Source of the DNA: an uncultured cyanobacterium
Lineage (GTDB): Bacteria > Cyanobacteriota > Cyanobacteriia > Cyanobacteriales > Cyanobacteriaceae
Length of the DNA: 64,000 bases
Reading direction: 5' to 3'
NCBI GenBank assembly: GCA_963710605.1
Contig: CAVQBA010000005.1
Location: 224,001 to 288,000 of the forward strand
This document shows positions 33,419 to 44,051 of this stretch, one piece after another (position 1 is the first letter of the stretch; each line of letters starts with the position of its first letter). The translations under genes and the position numbers were made by a program. Under the pieces are notes generated by a model, which saw only the letters and a list, made by a program, of their open reading frames with translations, searched no databases and was not told the origin of the DNA.

Positions 33419-34300
33419 ATGAAAATTCGTCGTCAACAACCTGGTACACCAGTAGCAATAGAATCTTTACAATATCAAATTAAAGTTGATGGTGGTGAAC
33501 CTAATCATATTTTAGAAGAAATTGTTTGGCATAAAGAAATAGAAATACAAAAAGCCAGAGAAAAAGTTTCTTTATTAGAATTGCGTCGTCAACTCAGTAA
33601 TATGACTCGTCAACCACTTGATTTTGTAGAGGCTTTAATTAAAAGTAGAAAAAAACCTGCTTTAATTGCTGAGGTTAAAAAGGCTTCTCCTAGTAAAGGG
33701 ATTATCAAGGCTGATTTTAATCCTGTAGCAATTGCTCAAGCTTATCAAAAAGGTGGGGCTACTTGTTTATCTGTTTTAACAGACAAAAAATTTTTTCAAG
33801 GTAGTTTTGAATATCTAGCTCAAATCAGAAAAAATGTTGAGCTTCCTCTTTTATGTAAAGAATTTATTCTTTATCCTTATCAAATCTATTTAGCCAGATT
33901 AAATGGTGCGGATGCAGTCTTACTGATTGCGGCTATTTTACAAGATATTGATTTAACTTATTTTTTAAAAATTATTCATAGTTTAGGTATGAATGCTTTA
34001 ATTGAAGTACATTCATTAGAAGAACTCGATCGAGTTTTAGAGATTGAAGGTGTTAAACTTATCGGTATTAATAATCGTAATTTGGAAGATTTTACGGTTG
34101 ATTTGAATAACACCCAACAAATTCTGTCTGCTCGTAGTGAACAATTATCCCAAAAAAATGTAACGATCGTTAGTGAATCAGGTTTACACACCAAAGAAGA
34201 TTTAGATTTTGTGCAATCTGCTGGGGCAAGTGCTGTTTTAATCGGTGAATCTTTAGTTAAACAAGACGATATAGTAACCGCTGTACAAAATTTGTATTAA
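33419..34300 (+). CDS. trpC: Indole-3-glycerol phosphate synthase
   Basis: [24 protein letters not shown]. Confidence 0.98.
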   Translation: MKIRRQQPGTPVAIESLQYQIKVDGGEPNHILEEIVWHKEIEIQKAREKVSLLELRRQLSNMTRQPLDFVEALIKSRKKPALIAEVKKASPSKGIIKADFNPVAIAQAYQKGGATCLSVLTDKKFFQGSFEYLAQIRKNVELPLLCKEFILYPYQIYLARLNGADAVLLIAAILQDIDLTYFLKIIHSLGMNALIEVHSLEELDRVLEIEGVKLIGINNRNLEDFTVDLNNTQQILSARSEQLSQKNVTIVSESGLHTKEDLDFVQSAGASAVLIGESLVKQDDIVTAVQNLY

Positions 34301-34313
34301 ATTACCGACATTT

Positions 34314-35300
34314 TTAAAATTCCCAATCATCCTCTTCATCCCAGACATCATCTATATCAGTCATTGGTTTATCTGGTGATGGAGGTGGATTTTGACGGGG
34401 GGGAATTACTCGAAAAGGAGCATCATAAATTGGGTTAGAAGAAGCAGAAGTTTTGTTCTCATTTCGATCGCCTCTTGTTGGTATTTGTCGATCATTATTT
34501 CTTTTTCTTTGTTCTTTTTCTAATCGAGGTAAAGGTTGATTAAAGACAGTTTTTTCCTTTGACTGGTACGAATATAAAGAAGCTTCTCGGTTTTTTAATA
34601 ACGATGGTGAAGGTGTATTATCTATCGGTTGTATTGGTGGTGGTGGCGATATTTTAGCTTCAGTAGGCGTTGATGAATCTATTACTGTGTCAGTTTCAAA
34701 ATCACCATCATCTTTAGGTATCACTTGCGTTACCGTGTTAGGAGGGATATAAGAGGACATATTTTCAGAGTCTTCTTCTGGCATCCTTGTAGAAGTTATC
34801 GGTTGTATTGGTGGTGGCGTTACGGGTGGTTGTGGTGCAGATACGTTTACATCTGGATTAGCCTGAATCGGCTGTCTTAATGGTTCATTTTCTACCCAAC
34901 CTGCTTCTTCTTCGCCCCATTGTCGATCGTCAAAAATATCAAATTGCTCTTCTACATTATTTACCTTAGTGGCAGTTGATTGATTTACCCTTGGGGAAAC
35001 AAAACTATTATTTTCTCTTAGCGGAATTTGTTGTGTAGCCGAAGGAGGATAATCAACCTGAGGATTAGGATTAGGTGGGTTGTAGTAATTATTATTTTTC
35101 GAGTTAGAACTTTTAGTTAGAAGTTGGATGAACAAACTAGAAAGTATCCCCGCAAGCAAACTCAACACTATCCAAATAGATAGAGGTAAAGACAAAGAAC
35201 TAAAACCGAAAAAAACTAAAGAAACTGACTGCAAATTCTGAAGCGAGAATAAAACAATACAGATTAAAAAAATTAATAATGGTAACGATTTGAAACCCAT
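34314..35300 (-). CDS. LapA-like membrane protein with Pro-rich disordered tail
   Basis: Two TM helices around FSLQN, low-complexity tail, acidic EDDWEF end. Confidence 0.7.
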   Translation of the reverse strand: MGFKSLPLLIFLICIVLFSLQNLQSVSLVFFGFSSLSLPLSIWIVLSLLAGILSSLFIQLLTKSSNSKNNNYYNPPNPNPQVDYPPSATQQIPLRENNSFVSPRVNQSTATKVNNVEEQFDIFDDRQWGEEEAGWVENEPLRQPIQANPDVNVSAPQPPVTPPPIQPITSTRMPEEDSENMSSYIPPNTVTQVIPKDDGDFETDTVIDSSTPTEAKISPPPPIQPIDNTPSPSLLKNREASLYSYQSKEKTVFNQPLPRLEKEQRKRNNDRQIPTRGDRNENKTSASSNPIYDAPFRVIPPRQNPPPSPDKPMTDIDDVWDEEDDWEF

Positions 35301-35787
35301 CTTTAGCGATTCTGACTGTACTCGAACATGACTATCATATCACTAACAATCAATAAATTGAGAGTAAATAGTTGTATAGCAAAAGACAAAAGTTCAAACT
35401 CCGATAATCCAAAGACTAAAATATAAATTATCTTAGTGAGTAGGAATTACCAGATTATTACACTTTTCCTAGTCAAATTGCTTGCTCAAGAACTAAAGTT
35501 CAAATTACAGTTGTTACGATATTTTTTTAGTTAGGTATCGATTAATTATTTTTAATTCGTATTTCATCTATTTGTTAGTTAAGACTTTAGATAGAAGTCT
35601 TTTGCTCTTATTTAAATAATAATAGTAGTAACCAATTATTGTTTGACTTATTAGTTAACCAGTTTAATTAATTAATTTTGCTTATTTTACTCCAACAAAA
35701 AAGAGAATTATTTACCAAAAATTATTAAAGTCAAATAATTAAATTGTTATTTCAAGATTTATATTTTTTTAACTAACGGAGGTTAGG

Positions 35788-36630
35788 ATGAGTATTGGGC
35801 AAACAAACAAAGCAAAACGAGAAACAGCCGAATGGATTGAGCGTTTAGCTCGATTTGGCTATGCCGCTAAAGGAGTTGTTTATACTATCGTCGGAATATT
35901 AGCTTTTCAAGCCGCTTTTAATTGGGGTGCAGGAGATGTTAAAGGTTCAAAAGGTGCATTACAAACTATAGGTAGTCAACCTTTCGGTAAAATTTTATTG
36001 TTTTTAGTTGGGGTTGGTTTAATCGGTTACGTTATCTGGCGGTTTGTACAGGCTTTTTTCGATCCAGAACACAACGAAGATGGTTTTAAAGCTTATGCCC
36101 GTCGTTTTTCGTACATCATCAGCGGTGTTATTTATGGTACGTTAGCTTTTACTGCTTTTAGGATTGTTTTTAGTGGTGGTAGTAGCTCGTCTTCTGGTAG
36201 TAGTGGTGGAGGTAGCTCAGAGCAAACGGCTAGTTTACTTTCACAACCATTTGGGCAATGGTTAGTTGGTTTGGTGGGGGCGGCTTCGGCGGCATATGGT
36301 TTTTATTCTATTTACCGTGCAATTAAAATTAAGTTCCGTAAAAAGCTCAAAACTGAACAAATGAGTGCTGATCAAGAAAAATGGATTATTCGTATTGGTA
36401 GATTGGGTTTGATTGCTAAAGGTATTGTCTCTTTAATTATTGGTTACTTTTTTGTACAAGCGGCTCGCTCAGCCGATCCTAGTCAAGCTAAGAGTACAGA
36501 AGGTGCATTAGAAGCAATTCAACAGTTACCTTTTGGTGGTTGGTTGATGGGGTTAGTGGCGTTAGGATTAATTGCTTATGGTATTCATTTACTAGTTCAA
36601 GCTCGTTATCGTCGTATTTCTCCTGCATAA
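35788..36630 (+). CDS. DUF1206 membrane protein
   Basis: LARFGYAAKGVVY and three repeats containing QPFG/LPFG. Confidence 0.88.
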   Translation: MSIGQTNKAKRETAEWIERLARFGYAAKGVVYTIVGILAFQAAFNWGAGDVKGSKGALQTIGSQPFGKILLFLVGVGLIGYVIWRFVQAFFDPEHNEDGFKAYARRFSYIISGVIYGTLAFTAFRIVFSGGSSSSSGSSGGGSSEQTASLLSQPFGQWLVGLVGAASAAYGFYSIYRAIKIKFRKKLKTEQMSADQEKWIIRIGRLGLIAKGIVSLIIGYFFVQAARSADPSQAKSTEGALEAIQQLPFGGWLMGLVALGLIAYGIHLLVQARYRRISPA

Positions 36631-36737
36631 TTACGGATTCGTTATCGATTGATGATATTGAGCAAATCTTGATTTATGATTGAGGATAGTAACAACTATT
36701 GTTTGGTTACAGATTAAAGAAAAATATCTCAAGTAAT

Positions 36738-37160
36738 ATGTCTTTTTTACCTAAATATCAACCAGAAAAACTATCATTAGGATTTTTGGAAAAAGAAATA
36801 CTCGATATCATCTGGGATTTTGATGGAGCGACAGCTAAGGATATTCACGATCGTATTCTTGATGATTCTGACAGAGAATTAGCTTATGCTTCTGTGATGA
36901 CTGTTTTACAAAGATTGATGAAAAAAGGTTGGTTAACCTATCAAAAAAAAGGTCGTGCTTTTTATTGGCAACCTTTAGTTTCTCGCCCACAAGCAAAAGC
37001 GATTAAGTCTTACGAGCAGTTAAACAATTTTTTAGCTATCAGTAACCCCGATGTGGTAGCTTCTTTTGCTGATGATCTTGACAATGCTAGTATAGAACAA
37101 ATTGAAGCGATCGCCGATCGATTATCAAAAGTTCGCCAACAAAGAAAAGGGGAAAAATAA
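36738..37160 (+). CDS. BlaI/MecI/CopY-family transcriptional repressor
   Basis: LGFLEKEILDIIW...LAYASVMTVLQRL winged helix; ATG at 36738 preferred. Confidence 0.92.
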   Translation: MSFLPKYQPEKLSLGFLEKEILDIIWDFDGATAKDIHDRILDDSDRELAYASVMTVLQRLMKKGWLTYQKKGRAFYWQPLVSRPQAKAIKSYEQLNNFLAISNPDVVASFADDLDNASIEQIEAIADRLSKVRQQRKGEK

Positions 37161-37161
37161 G

Positions 37162-38007
37162 ATGCACTTATTATTACTCATCATCGCTTTTACTGTAGCT
37201 TGTACAGTTCGTTTGGTTAGTAAATCAAGAATGATTAACCCGCCGAAAAAATGGGGTTTATCTTTGTTTTTCTTTGGTTTTCCTCCTTTAATTTTACTAA
37301 CTACTTGTTTGACGGTGGCTTTTATGGGCTCTCAAGGGCAAATGTGGGGGATTAAAGCTAGTCGATTAAGTTACTATTTTGCGGTACTTTACTTAGTAAT
37401 GGCGATCGCTGTTTTAATTAAAAGTTTTTGGGATTTATCTCAACTACAACGTACTGTAGAGCAATATCCGACTCAAATTATTGATAATCAACCAGCTCAA
37501 ATTTTAGATAGTTCTTTTCCTTACGCCGCTCAAGTTGGTTTTTGGCGATCGCAATTAGTTATTAGTACAGGGCTACAAAAATTGTTGTCTCCAGAGCATT
37601 TAAATGCAGTTATTGCCCACGAAACAGCTCATAAAACTCATAAAGATCCTTTTTTCTTTTTTTGGCTGTCTTACCTAGAAAGAGTCACTTTTTGGCTTCC
37701 GAATAATCAACAACTGTGGCGACATTTATTATTATTAAGAGAATTAAGAGCTGATCAAACCGCCGCTGAGAAAGTCGATTTTTTACTTATTGCTGAATCT
37801 TTAGTTAGCGTTACTTCCGAAACAGTTAAACAAAAAGAATCTTTAAACTTAGCTTGGCAATGTCCTTTTAATGACGATCGTTTAGAAGAAAGAATCAACA
37901 ATCTACTCGAAGAAGATAATCAACTCAAATTTGGTTGGGGGCAAATTGTTTGGTTTGTGTTAGTCTTAATTCCTTATAGCTTTTTACCTTTTCATATCTC
38001 TTGTTAG
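37162..38007 (+). CDS. M56/M48-type membrane zinc metallopeptidase
   Basis: HETAH motif, RELRAD, TM helices, directly after the BlaI-like gene. Confidence 0.88.
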   Translation: MHLLLLIIAFTVACTVRLVSKSRMINPPKKWGLSLFFFGFPPLILLTTCLTVAFMGSQGQMWGIKASRLSYYFAVLYLVMAIAVLIKSFWDLSQLQRTVEQYPTQIIDNQPAQILDSSFPYAAQVGFWRSQLVISTGLQKLLSPEHLNAVIAHETAHKTHKDPFFFFWLSYLERVTFWLPNNQQLWRHLLLLRELRADQTAAEKVDFLLIAESLVSVTSETVKQKESLNLAWQCPFNDDRLEERINNLLEEDNQLKFGWGQIVWFVLVLIPYSFLPFHISC

Positions 38008-38044
38008 TATAAATTTTTCATAGTTAGTTTTCCCCGATATCAAC

Positions 38045-38073
38045 CGTAGGGACGTTACACTGTAACGTCCTTA
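38045..38073. repeat. REP-like palindrome
   Basis: CGTAGGGACGTTACA C TGTAACGTCC hairpin between convergent genes; similar GTAG-type hairpins near 25733 and 62367-62390. Confidence 0.6.
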
Positions 38074-38106
38074 TCTCATTATGATTGATTTTAATGGAAA
38101 ATTACT

Positions 38107-38457
38107 CTAATTACTTTTGGCTTCTGCCTTACAATATATTTCGGGTGGAGCAATTTGCAAATATTTAAACAAAGCAGGGCAAAGCCAACCTTTTTTATCT
38201 TCTTCTTGCCAATAATACCAATTGCCTTGATATTCTTGTTTTAACCAACTCATCTTTACTTGATATTCAGGGAAAGGAGTAGTTGAAAACAACAGTTTAA
38301 ACCCTTTTTCCGCATTAGGAATATCTTTGACCAAAATATCAATAATTTGTGGCATTCCACTAACAAAAGGCTCTTGAATTAAACCAACTTTTGAGTCGTC
38401 AAATACCCACATCTCTTCGTACTTGTAAGGAAAAATAACAATAATTGAATTAGACAT
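38107..38457 (-). CDS. Conserved hypothetical protein (DUF6717-like)
   Basis: WVFDD..VGLIQEPFVSG and GWLCPALFKY. Confidence 0.75.
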   Translation of the reverse strand: MSNSIIVIFPYKYEEMWVFDDSKVGLIQEPFVSGMPQIIDILVKDIPNAEKGFKLLFSTTPFPEYQVKMSWLKQEYQGNWYYWQEEDKKGWLCPALFKYLQIAPPEIYCKAEAKSN

Positions 38458-38720
38458 TATCTTGATTCTAAATAAATTAATAATTAATATAGTTGTTTCA
38501 AATAAAAATGAGTTGGTTAATTGTATTTAATTTTAGTTTAATTTATTAAACGACACCTATTAGCTTTGAATTTCAATTCAAAGTGAGGTAACAAACTAAC
38601 ATTTTTAAGGTAATTATTACTGTTTTAATTATTTTTTTTTACGACTATAATTACTATCAAAAAATAGCTAAAAAATAACTAATTTAAAAATACGATTAAA
38701 CACTCATCCATTTTTAATAA

Positions 38721-38955
38721 TTATTTAATAACTCTTCTATTTCGATCGTACATAATAGCTTTATTTTTAGCTACCACCACATCCCAATCGAGTTTATGAG
38801 GAGGATACAAGTAATGTTTGTAAGCAACAGTCATGAGGTTGTAATTCTTCAAATCGAGATTGAATAACTTGATGATAGGGTAACGCTGAGAAACTTCGCA
38901 CCCATTCTGCACACATCTCACGATTGGGATTAATTAGCCATAGCTCAATAGTCAT
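38721..38955 (-). pseudogene. Internally deleted macro-domain protein gene
   Basis: N-terminus MTIELWLINPNREMCAEWVRSFSALP...SRFEELQPHDC is joined out of frame to a C-terminus AYKHYLYPPHKLDWD; the conserved core is missing. Confidence 0.6.
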
Positions 38956-39091
38956 AGAAAAAACTCTTTGTGTGATCGATTATAGCTAATAGACTATAAA
39001 ATTAATACTTTGATTAAACTTAAGATTCGATCGATGCAAATATTGACAAACGAACTAGGTTAAACTTTAAACATTAATAAAATCAAGTTAT

Positions 39092-39286
39092 AACAACGAT
39101 TTAAAAGGCATAAAATGACAAAAGTAGCAGTTTTCGGGATGGGGCTTATGGGGCATCCAATGGTGGTTAATTTAGCTAATAACGGTATTTCTGTGATAGC
39201 TTATAATCGATCGTCATCTAAGTTAAAATCTTTACAATCGCAAGACAATATTGCAGTCACCACAAACCCGATTGAAGCGATCGAAT
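39092..39286 (+). repeat. 195-bp direct repeat, copy 1 (5' fragment of the oxidoreductase gene)
   Basis: Matches 49270-49464 with 3 mismatches; gives the truncated ORF 39115-39315. Confidence 0.95.
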
Positions 39287-39325
39287 CATACTATTATCCA
39301 ATATATTATTTTTAATCGCACTTAC

Positions 39326-39841
39326 CTACCATCTAATATCAGAGGGAAACTCCCCGTAAAATAGAGAAACTGGTAGGTTATTTTTTTCTGATCGTTTCAG
39401 TGTTTCTAAATTGTGAAGTGCAATTCTATTAGTTGGATCTTTTTGAAGAACTCGCTCATAAAGATAAATTTGACGAGGAACATCATCATATATTAAAGCG
39501 GCTTCAAAGATCATGACTAAGGTATTATTAGGTTCTATTTGTTTTGCCCTTTCTAGTAAAGAGAAACATTCATCATCATCTCCTTGTATCCATAAAATCC
39601 AACCTAAAACAATTATAGCTTCTAAATCTCTAGGATTAAGTTCTAAAATTCTTTTTGCCATCGGAATTATTATTTCATCAGAGTCTAATGATTGATTAAA
39701 TGCTAATATGACTAATGTTTTTAATTCTCTAATATTAGTATTTTTTTGTAGTAAATTTTGGAATAAATCCATAGAAAAAGAATTTTCATTATTCGCCAAA
39801 TTAGTTACTAATTGTTTTAATGTATTCATTTTTTTATTCAT
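39326..39841 (-). CDS. TPR protein, putative immunity protein
   Basis: TPR-like helices (ILELNPRD, AKQIEPNN, VLQKDPTN); starts 3 bp after a toxin-tail remnant. Confidence 0.7.
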   Translation of the reverse strand: MNKKMNTLKQLVTNLANNENSFSMDLFQNLLQKNTNIRELKTLVILAFNQSLDSDEIIIPMAKRILELNPRDLEAIIVLGWILWIQGDDDECFSLLERAKQIEPNNTLVMIFEAALIYDDVPRQIYLYERVLQKDPTNRIALHNLETLKRSEKNNLPVSLFYGEFPSDIRW

Positions 39842-39844
39842 TTT

Positions 39845-41673
39845 TTATAGGGGATGTGAACAATGGCCTTTAGGAACAAAAGCAGTTCCAATCTCATAAT
39901 TTCCAGTAGGTGTTAGTTGATATCTAATATGTACTGGAACAAGAAGACCACTAGTACTTTGAATTTGTGTAAAAACTCTAGCGCCTTTTTCTTCCACCAC
40001 CAAATTGGCTCATTAATACGTCCCTCATAAGTATCACGACGAGTAAACCTGCCAACGCTAGGATTATAAAAACGTTGTCGCAGATAATACTCATCCAAAT
40101 TATCATCAAACTGCTCACCAGCATAACGATAACTATTCTCTACCCTATTAGTCGTATTAATCAGATTTCCATAGGCAGTATAATCATAAACATCAACCAC
40201 ACCACCAACATAATCAGTTAATACCCTGACACTACCCAAACCATCAACCAAATAGACAGTTAATTCTTCATTGCGAGACATTGAAATCAAATCATTACCA
40301 TACAAATACTCAACCGCTAACTCACCATCAACGTATTCGGATAATACCTGAGCATAAGCACGATTCTTGTCAATCAGATAATCAGTACGCACACCATCTA
40401 CAACCTGAGAAACCTTAATCCCCTCATTGTCATACTCATAACTAATAGAAATACCATTAGGGAGAATAACCTCAATCAAACGATTCTCATAATCCCAATC
40501 ATAGAGAGTTTCCTCATTACCCTCAATTACCTTAATCGTATTACCATTATCATCATACTGATAAACCTTCGTTACACCATCAATAGTCTCACTCAATAAC
40601 CAATCATTATCATTGTAAGCATAAGTAGTTGTACTTTCAACAGAATCCACCTTAGATAAACGATTACCTACCGCATCAAGAGTATATTCAATCACCCTGC
40701 CATCATTGACATCACCAGCATCAGTAATAGTTTCAGAGATAAGACGATATAAGTCATCATAAACATAATCGACAACTCGTTCATCATTCTCGGATACTCG
40801 CAGACGATGCCCAACTTTATTCAACGTATATTGATAACTAGAAATAACTTCATCAGCTAACTTATTCTCTAGGAAAGTTAGACGATTTAATCGATCGTAT
40901 TCTCTAGTCTCGACAACACCATTAGGTAAAACAGTCGCTAGTAAATTATTAACTCCGTCATACTCATAATCAGTTACGTTACCCGACTCATCAGTAACCG
41001 TATCGAGACGATTCCAAGCATCAAAAGTATAGTTAACGCTGTTATTAGGAGTCGTCACCGAAGTGCGATTACCCGCTACATCATAACTGTATTCGATCGT
41101 ATTTCCACTAGATAAATATGCACCAACAGGATCAATACGAGCAATTAATCGGTTTCTGGCATCATATTCATAAGTTGTAACACCACGCTCTTGGATAATA
41201 GACTCCATTAAACCATCGATCGTATAGGTATATTCAACCTTGGTAGTATCAGGGAAAGCCTTTTCAATTAATCGATTGCGATCGTCATAACTGTAGATAA
41301 TAGCATCACCATTAAAGTCAGTGTAACTAATCACATTACCAACTTCATCATAACCAGTAACAGATGTTTGCTTTTCGGGTAACTCCACACCTACACGACG
41401 GCTTAACTTATCGTAAGTGAAATAAGTACGATTATCATTAGCATCTTCTTGCCATATATTTCTGCCTAACTCATCATAACCATACTCAGCTCTAATTTCA
41501 GTGGGATTATTACTATCCTGATTGAGATATTGAATTACATCAGTTAGACGACCAAGATTATCATATTCATAATCGATTATCTTACCTTCTTGGTCTATAG
41601 TCGAAATTCTTCTACCTAACTCGTCATAGACAGTTTGAACAGAAGTATCATCAGCAAAAAGTGTTTCCTTGCG
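39845..41673 (-). pseudogene. Orphan Rhs/YD-repeat core fragment fused out of frame to a toxin C-terminal remnant
   Basis: YD repeats extend upstream of the ORF-track start to about 41673. After RFTRRDTYEG the DPxG motif is missing; another frame (about 40006-39845) reads ...VHIRYQLTPTGNYEIGTAFVPKGHCSHPL*. Confidence 0.85.
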
Positions 41674-42304
41674 TTAGTTTTTAGTTTCATTCACTCTAAT
41701 TACATTTTCATCAATACAACTACTAAAATTATGTAAAAAAAATTACATGAGCTCCTCTGAACTGTGAATATAATGTCCATAAAGGTGATGGTAAGTAACC
41801 GAGCGGTTTATCTAAACTTGTAAAATCGTTATCAAATTTCAGTCTTCGTTGTTGATACCAACCAACTTGTTGAAAATATATATCTTTTTGTTTAACAGAA
41901 TGTCCATGTTCATGGTTATCAATGGAGTTAAGTATTTGTGCTTGAACAGCAAAACCAAATCTTCCTTGACTATATTTTAACCAAAGCTGATCTACATCTG
42001 TTAGTTGATGACAAGGTAATTCTCCTTGTAAATATATTTGAGCTTCTCTTTGACCTAAAAAATCAAACATGAATCGTCCATAGTATCCTTCTTTTCTTAT
42101 ATAATTTAGAACTAATTGATTGTAAATAAACGCCGTTTGAGTATCAGCTTGTTGCCATTGTTTATTACTCAAATAATATTCTAGTTGAGAGTAATCAATT
42201 TTTTGTTCAAAAATATTCCAATTGAAAAATAATCTCATTAATAGAAAAGAAATACCTAGCGATAAAGATAATACAAGCCAAGTTCTTATTTTAAGTATTT
42301 TCAT
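41674..42304 (-). CDS. GUN4-like domain protein with N-terminal TM helix (+1 frameshift in A8 run at 41735-41742)
   Basis: DYSQLE..L....WQQAD, LPC..L..VDQLWLKYSQGRFGFAVQ, PLGYLPS. The corrected tail FLHNFSSCIDENVIRVNETKN matches the paralog's tail. Confidence 0.85.
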
Positions 42305-42428
42305 AAAAGTTAATTGCCAACAAATAATTTATCAATTATGGTGTAACATCAGATAATCGATTCGACAGTTGAACCTCCAGATAGAATATCTAATCGGTTT
42401 AAACGAAAAATCTAATTCAAAAAATGTT

Positions 42429-43109
42429 TTAATGTGAGTCTTGAGTCTCATTAATTCTTATTGCACTTTTATCAATGCAACTTTTAAAATTATCCAAAAA
42501 GGGAATAGGAGAAACATATTGACGTTGTATTACTATAAAAAGATTTCTAATCTCGCTGTATTCTTCTGATATAAAATAAAGCATTATCCATGAAGTTGAT
42601 GGTAAATAACCAAGTGGTCTACCTAAACTGATAGAGTAGTCATAATCGCTAAATCGATGTGGTAAAGTCTCATCCCAGCCAACTTCTTGTATAAATATAT
42701 CTGTTTTAAAACCTTCGATTCTACTATTACGGATAGAGTCCATTATTTGTGCTTGGATTGAAAAACCAAATCTCCCTTGGCTATATTTCAACCATAATTT
42801 ATCTATTGTTTTTAATTTGTGACAGGGTAATTTTCCTTTTTGGTAAATAAAAGCTTCTTTGTTAGCTAAGAAATCAAATGCTATTTTTCCTAAAAATCCT
42901 TCTTCTCTCATATAATTAGAGACTAGTTTTCTATAGATAAAAGCTGTTTCAATATCTGCTTGTTTCCATTTTTGACTACTTAGATAATTTTCAAGTTGAG
43001 AGTAATCAATTTTTTGTTCAAATATATGCCAATGAAATAACCAACGCACAAAGATACAAATAAAGCTTAATAAAATTAGCAAAAAGAACTTTTTTTTAAG
43101 TATTTTCAT
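42429..43109 (-). CDS. GUN4-like domain protein with N-terminal TM helix
   Basis: DYSQLENYL...WKQADIET, IDKLWLKYSQGRFGFSIQ, PLGYLPS. Confidence 0.88.
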   Translation of the reverse strand: MKILKKKFFLLILLSFICIFVRWLFHWHIFEQKIDYSQLENYLSSQKWKQADIETAFIYRKLVSNYMREEGFLGKIAFDFLANKEAFIYQKGKLPCHKLKTIDKLWLKYSQGRFGFSIQAQIMDSIRNSRIEGFKTDIFIQEVGWDETLPHRFSDYDYSISLGRPLGYLPSTSWIMLYFISEEYSEIRNLFIVIQRQYVSPIPFLDNFKSCIDKSAIRINETQDSH

Positions 43110-43141
43110 TAACGTTGATTTATTATACTAATAATATTTAT

Positions 43142-43406
43142 TCAAGCAATTATATCTCCTAATCTCTTTACAAAAGTAGTTTCATCACTGTGAGACTGGG
43201 AGATTAAATCCCAACCATAAACATAACTTACTGATAATTCACCATCAATGTACTCTTCTAACACCTGAGCATAAGGACGATTTTTATCCAATAGATAATT
43301 AGTCGTAACCCCATTAACCGTTTGGGATGTGCGGATATTATCCATGTCATAGGTATAATCAATCACATCTCCATCGGCAGTTTGTACCTGTATAAGTCGA
43401 TCGTCT
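43142..43406 (-). pseudogene. Short Rhs core fragment plus toxin tail remnant
   Basis: 43172-43406 is a near-copy of about 44953-45186; ends in VKRLGDIIA*. Confidence 0.85.
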
Positions 43407-43459
43407 TTATACTAAAAATAAATATTATTGAACAATCAAAACTCCAACTATTCTTTTAT

Positions 43460-43985
43460 CTAACCAGGAGAAATTAAGATAAATTGTTTTTGTTTTGCGG
43501 CTTCTTCAAAAAAATCAACGACTTGAACATATGTAGATACCACCGATTCAAATTCGTCGATTGTCCAACCACCAGGACTAGGATAAGGATAAGATTCTAG
43601 CATTATTAAATACTTCAGAGGTAAAACGAGATCTTAAACGTTTGGTGTAATTTGCTTTAGTTCTGTGTAAATTTTAACTACTTCATTAGGTTTTAAAAAA
43701 CGTACTTTACCATAATCTACCTCGTATTTTGTTTCAGTTCCTCCGAAAATAACTTTAGCCAGAAATGATTGATTATTTGTTTTATCAATGGCATATTCTT
43801 CAGTCAGAATAAAATGAATTGCTTGCCAATCTTTACCAAGATTTGAAATAATAATCTTGACTAATTAAATCCTGATAAAAATCAAACAATTTGTCTAAAT
43901 CTTGGATGTCTAGTCCAAAAGGATGTTTCTGTAATTTATTGATATTTTTTAATGTCACACGTACATACTTTACTTCTATTCCCAT
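43460..43985 (-). pseudogene. YfbM/DUF1877-like protein with several frameshifts, in the immunity position
   Basis: Pieces MGIEVKY..., GKDWQAIHFILT, DYGKVRFLKPNEV, YPSPGGW...FFEEAAK across frames. Confidence 0.75.
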
Positions 43986-44051
43986 ATTTTTATCTATAAA
44001 ACAATGTGGTTTAGTTTGCATAAATGTACTATATTATCCTAATCATGTAGG

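Noticed and set aside
39115-39315. 66-aa ORF as an independent gene
   Set aside because: Truncated duplicate of the 5' end of 49293-50168.
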